DNA of 54,104 bases, taken from positions 1-54,104 of the forward strand of contig JALJEE010002719.1 in NCBI GenBank assembly GCA_023231475.1, written 5' to 3'. Below, piece after piece: positions 49,266 to 54,104 of this stretch. Source of the stretch: Seison nebaliae (taxonomy: Eukaryota). The position numbers and the translations under genes were made by a program. Numbering within the stretch: the first letter of the stretch is position 1; the number at the start of each line of letters is the position of its first letter. The notes beneath the pieces were generated by a model. It saw nothing but the letters and a program-made list of their open reading frames with translations. It was not told the origin of the DNA and ran no database searches.

Positions 49266-51003
49266 TTATAATTCGGTTTTGGCACCTTCGCCTTCACTAT
49301 CGCTACCATCATCATCTTCACCTTCTGGAAGTGGTTCCTCTTCATCTTGCTCATCTTCTGGTTCCTCTTCAGCATTTCCTCCTCCAACTGCTCCATTCGA
49401 TTCAACAAATTTTGTCAAACCTTCCAATGTTCGTTCTCCATTGTACGCGATGATTTCATTCGTATCTTTAGCAACCAATCGAAGAGTTGGGAAAGATTTC
49501 ACTTTGACACTTGAAACTTCGTTTGTGGTCGAATCCATTTTGGCAATGACAACATCTTTCGAGTCCTTAAACTTCTCAGCCAATTGTTCCCAGATTGGTG
49601 CCAATGCTTTGCAGTGACCACACCATGGTGCATAAAATTCAATCATAACTGTCGTCTCTTTATTCATGGCAACTTCCTCGAAATTCTTTCCTACCAATAC
49701 CTACACAAATTTTTAAAATAATTTTTAAAATAATTTTCAAAATAATTTTAACTTTGACTGGTTTTGCATCCCAATCTTCTGGCACCTCATCAGAGAGAAG
49801 AGTTGGAGACAATTCTCCTTTCAAATAAGTATCGACGAATTTCTCGATTTCATCAAGAACAATTCCTTTGAATTCAGGTGCATATCGGCTCAAATCTTCT
49901 CCCACATTCACCAATCGGAGAGTTGGTGCGTCCGTTGCTTTCAATCCGAAGAATTCTAAGACACGTTCATTCTCAACATTATCTGTGTCAATAATCACGA
50001 AAAAGACCTTAAACAAATGAGAATGAAAAAAATGGAAGATCATTTAAAATGTTCAACTTTTCCTTTATATTTCTTAGCGACCGTTTTCAAACTATCCATT
50101 TGTTCTGAATAATCACTCGATTTCTTCGAAAGGAAGAAAAGAAGATGATCTTTAATTGGTCCACCGAAGATCTTTTGAGCAGTTTCTTCATTGAACTCAA
50201 CAACGAGTGGTAATCGATTTCCTTGAACATGAAGTGTAATACTTTCCAATGATAAATCATCAGTTAAAACTTCACGTCCCTCATCCATCTAAAAATGACA
50301 AATAAAAATTTAGTCGAATTTATCAATTCGAACTTTTCGGAAGACGATCACCGTATCTTTCTCCACATTAAGACTCTCGATCACATCTTTATCATTTGTC
50401 TTTCCAAATACAACATCTTCAAATTGATCAGCCAATTTCGTCAAATGATCGAACATATCATTCTTTTCTTCTTTGGAGATGGCCAAGACGAAACAATCAG
50501 ATTCGCCTTTCAATTTGTCGAATTGAGCGACAGTTGTCACTTCGGTGACTGGTGCACTCACTTTTCGTTGTAACCAGTTAACGATATCGTTAGCAGTTCG
50601 TCCACCTCGATATGCCGATGGTTCCTTTCCTCGGGCGAAGAATTTAAGTGTGGGATATCCAGAAATTTCGAATTTCTCTGCTAATGCCTTCTCGACAGTG
50701 GCATCAACTTTTCCTAATTTGACCTGAAGAGAAATTTTAAGAAATTAAAAAAAAATTATTTGAATTAACTTCTGATCCATTCTCTTCTAATTGTTTGGCA
50801 GCAGCAGCGTATTCCGGTGCCAATGCTTTGCAGTGACCACACCATGGGGCATAAAATTCAACGAGTATATGTTCATGATCTGCCATCGCTTTCTCGAAGT
50901 TGTCGTTCGTCAGAACTAACACACCTTCATCCTTTGTGATCTCATCGGTGAAGACACACGAGATGGATATGAAGGCGAAAAGGTAAAACAAATAATTTCT
51001 CAT
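49266..51003 (-). CDS. P4HB: Protein disulfide-isomerase (PDIA1); introns 50724-50769, 50289-50333, 50008-50057, 49701-49752
   Basis: Signal peptide, two [15 protein letters not shown] active sites, a-b-b'-a' order, [17 protein letters not shown], acidic tail and KTEL retention signal. Confidence 0.96.
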
Positions 51004-52072
51004 TCTTTTAATCTCTTTAACAAATCTAAAATTAAAAAAATTCTAAAAATATTCAATAAGAGTAGAGAAACAAAATATGAAGAAATATGAAAGAAATTTA
51101 CTGTCGACAGTTCGAAATGAAGAAAGTAGTAATACTTTCCAACTAAATAGAAGAAGAAGGAATGTGAACGATTACGTGTGAATAACTTTAACCATACGTG
51201 GCACAATGACGTTACTGATTGGCTCCATAAACCTGTATGATTCATAAATTTCCTTAAGAAAAACTCAGGCGAATTTTTAGGAATGTTCTCATTTGAAAGT
51301 TTTGGCTTTACTCACAAATGAATTTTACATTAGTTGACGCAACTGTAAATTGAAATTAACATTTTTTTTCTTCAAAGAACAAGAGCAATTATCTCTCTTT
51401 CTTGTTGTGGAGTAGAGAAAGAACATGTATTCAAAATCGCATTATTTAATTAATTTCCGAATTTTTGTCCACGTCAGATCAAACCCTTAATTTTTCACTT
51501 GAGCTTTTTTCAAACTAAATATAAAGGATTAAAGACACACGTCTCATATTCTATCACTACAACAAGATTGATATAATTAAACTTCTGTTTTAAAGTATCA
51601 AATTACGTTGCCGTAAGTCATAATTTAACTTTTGATGTAAAAATTGATAAAATAATAATTCGTTTTTAATATTAACATTATTTATAGTTCAGTAGCTAAG
51701 AAATTTAACTAAATTAAGAAATATGATTAAAATACACATTGTCATGTGAAATGCTGATACATTTTCGTTTTTATTATTTTAGTTAGTTGATAAATTTTAT
51801 GGTTGATGAATAAAATATGGTTGAATAAAACACATTAATGTTACATCATCATGATAAAAAGAAGTTTGTTAAATTGAGTAAGTAGCAGAATGAAATTGTA
51901 GAAGAATTGTAAGAGAATGATAACAATTGAATAATACTTTCTCGTACTTTCACTTTAATTTTAAGTTAGTTAATTTCATTTTTATGTTCAGTAAAATCAT
52001 TTAAATATAGCTCCACTAATTATAATCAGTAATAAACAATCAATTGTAGTCAGATAAATTAAATTAGTTGAG

Positions 52073-53446
52073 ATGGGATCAATAGGAGATTATTCATGTT
52101 CACTAATGAATGAACGTTGGGAACAACTTGAGAATTTTGCAAAAGGAAATGAAGGGAAAGTTGTCGGATTTGACAATTGTCCCAATACGGGAATTTGTTT
52201 GACTAACGTCCTTTTGGCAATCATCATGGCTAGTACTACTTTGATGAACAGAGTGTTATATTTAGAAGACTTTTGTCCAAACGATTTACACGGTCAATTG
52301 GATGATATTCGAAAAAGACTGTGTAATCCGCATCATAAAATTAAATCGTCCAATATCGTTTTATCCAATGTGTTAACGAAAGGAATATGTGAAACGTTTA
52401 ATGGGAGGAAATTCAATTCGACCTATGGCGTCGTCGGAGAATATTTAATACTTAAATATTATATAATGAATGTGGAAAAGAAGGAATTGAAGACTCCAAT
52501 TGAGCCGTTGCCATGGGAACAAATGATTTTCGAAACAAAAGATTGTGATATTAGAGATTGCAAAAGATTAGACAATTTGATTCAAGATCTTTTAGGCCTT
52601 CCTTTCCAAAGAATTGATGATCGAGGAATGCTTTTCAGTTGGTATCCAGAAATTAAATTGTTAAACTTTGAAATTGTTGTGACTAAATTTAAAACGGGTC
52701 CATTTGATGCACGACCTTTCTTACCACTTTATCAATACGTATATGAAACTGAATTGAAACAATTAGATCGTTTGTTAAGGAGAGAACAAGCTAATCCGAA
52801 AGTGGTATTTTTAGGCTTTACCGGTTCAACTGCCCTTCGACTTCATCCTAAATTCTTTCACGACTTTATAAGACAGTTGAATAATTCATATCATGATTAT
52901 ATGAATGGAGAAAATGAACCGAATAGTTTCAATATCTCATTCTATTATTATCCGCAAGAAATGTCAGTTCCGAAAGTAAATAAAATTAAAAATAAATATC
53001 CACTCATAGTCAATGGAGCTATCAAATATTATAACTTAATTGCGATCTCAATGAGATTAACCGAAGAAAGAAAAGCTGATGTCCAACTACTTGAACGTCC
53101 AATTGTGAGCAGAAATTTAGAAGTTTGCGTATCGGAAATGATGAATTATACTCAACATTTGTTAAAAGATAAAAGGAATGACGAATTAAGACATTATTTG
53201 GAGAATGTTGTGCAAACCGTAAAAATGGATTTCATGAAGATTTGTAATTTCTTATTAACACCAGCAAATGCAGAATCATATTACTATGATCGACCTGTTA
53301 AATTACATGCTATTGCCCTTATTTTGAGGAATGGTCAATGGATGATGATGAGTGATCAATTTTCAACAATTATTGAAGACATTGAACAATTTAGCACTTT
53401 CTTAAAAGATGAATCAATAACTGGAGTATTATTGGAAGACAACTAA
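52073..53446 (+). CDS. Intronless 457 aa protein, possibly a highly divergent USP/peptidase C19-like cysteine protease
   Basis: Long clean ORF. N-terminal GFDNCPNTGICLTNVLLAI resembles the USP Cys box and C-terminal LHAIALILRNGQWMMMSD resembles the His/Asp box. Confidence 0.5.
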   Translation: MGSIGDYSCSLMNERWEQLENFAKGNEGKVVGFDNCPNTGICLTNVLLAIIMASTTLMNRVLYLEDFCPNDLHGQLDDIRKRLCNPHHKIKSSNIVLSNVLTKGICETFNGRKFNSTYGVVGEYLILKYYIMNVEKKELKTPIEPLPWEQMIFETKDCDIRDCKRLDNLIQDLLGLPFQRIDDRGMLFSWYPEIKLLNFEIVVTKFKTGPFDARPFLPLYQYVYETELKQLDRLLRREQANPKVVFLGFTGSTALRLHPKFFHDFIRQLNNSYHDYMNGENEPNSFNISFYYYPQEMSVPKVNKIKNKYPLIVNGAIKYYNLIAISMRLTEERKADVQLLERPIVSRNLEVCVSEMMNYTQHLLKDKRNDELRHYLENVVQTVKMDFMKICNFLLTPANAESYYYDRPVKLHAIALILRNGQWMMMSDQFSTIIEDIEQFSTFLKDESITGVLLEDN

Positions 53447-54104
53447 ATTTGTAAAATTTAAGTTAAACATATATGTTTAAAATTATAAACATTATAGATC
53501 TATAAATTGAACACTCCAAAATTATGACGATAGTGTTAAAAAACTATAATAATTGATATCATATTAATCAGAACATTTATAACAAGATAGAAATAATCAG
53601 AGTTATTTTTTTATTATTATATACTATAAGAATACCGAATTATTGTCCGTGTTTAATAAGAAATCAAAAAATCGGAAAATAAAAATTTTCCAGAGTATTG
53701 AAAAGAGTAGAAAAACTAAATGAAACATAAGAATCTCTTTGGTTTAAGAAAAAGTGTAAGAAAAAACAAAATTTAATTATAATCAGTATCAACAAGAAAA
53801 GCTGGCCAAAGAGTTTGATCCTAACAACCAAAAAGCCCAATAAGGAATGCATAATGTAAAATCCAATACTATAAAAATAATATTATTTAAAATTTCTGAA
53901 TCAGAAATTTTACTATAAATTTATATTATATACTATAATTAATTATATAATTACCCTAGCATGCAAAAATTGATGTACTGTAACGTTGCGAATTACAGTT
54001 GATGTGATTTCTTATCAACGTTTAAAAAAGTAAGAAATAACTGAAAAGCAACCTTAAAAAGAAAAAATAAAAATGTAACTCTAAAATATTTATTTAGTCT
54101 ATTA

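Noticed and set aside
2392..50727. Many antisense or overlapping short ORFs in the track (e.g. 2392-2664, 4324-4662, 4723-4992, 27430-27657, 34400-34723, 49279-49617, 50545-50727)
   Set aside because: They are shadows of real genes or tRNAs, or low-complexity AT-rich frames, without independent motifs.

Overview
AT-rich, gene-dense window from a compact animal (invertebrate) genome. It has an aminergic GPCR, a Shaw-type Kv channel, a VGLUT-like transporter, a tetraspanin and a Ly6/quiver gene; the species cannot be determined from the sequence alone. Conserved genes (RPB3, SF3B6, TMEM234, UBE2L3, TBC1D1/4-like, PDI/P4HB), tRNA-Ile(AAT) and tRNA-Ser(GCT) surround a repeat-rich accessory zone (~1-16 kb). 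That zone holds three divergent fibrinogen-domain paralogues, transposon relics and a decayed ~2.8 kb GC-richer ORF beside a MULE-like terminus. The main signal is in splicing. I reconstructed about 50 short introns (mostly 38-80 nt) by hand from reading-frame and protein-motif continuity, and every one starts with GTT rather than the usual GTR. There is little conservation at +4 to +6 or on the exon side, and canonical GTAAGT/GTGAGT/AG|GTA sites are read through or bypassed. This points to a re-wired 5' splice-site recognition code. All gene models are manual inferences without transcript data.
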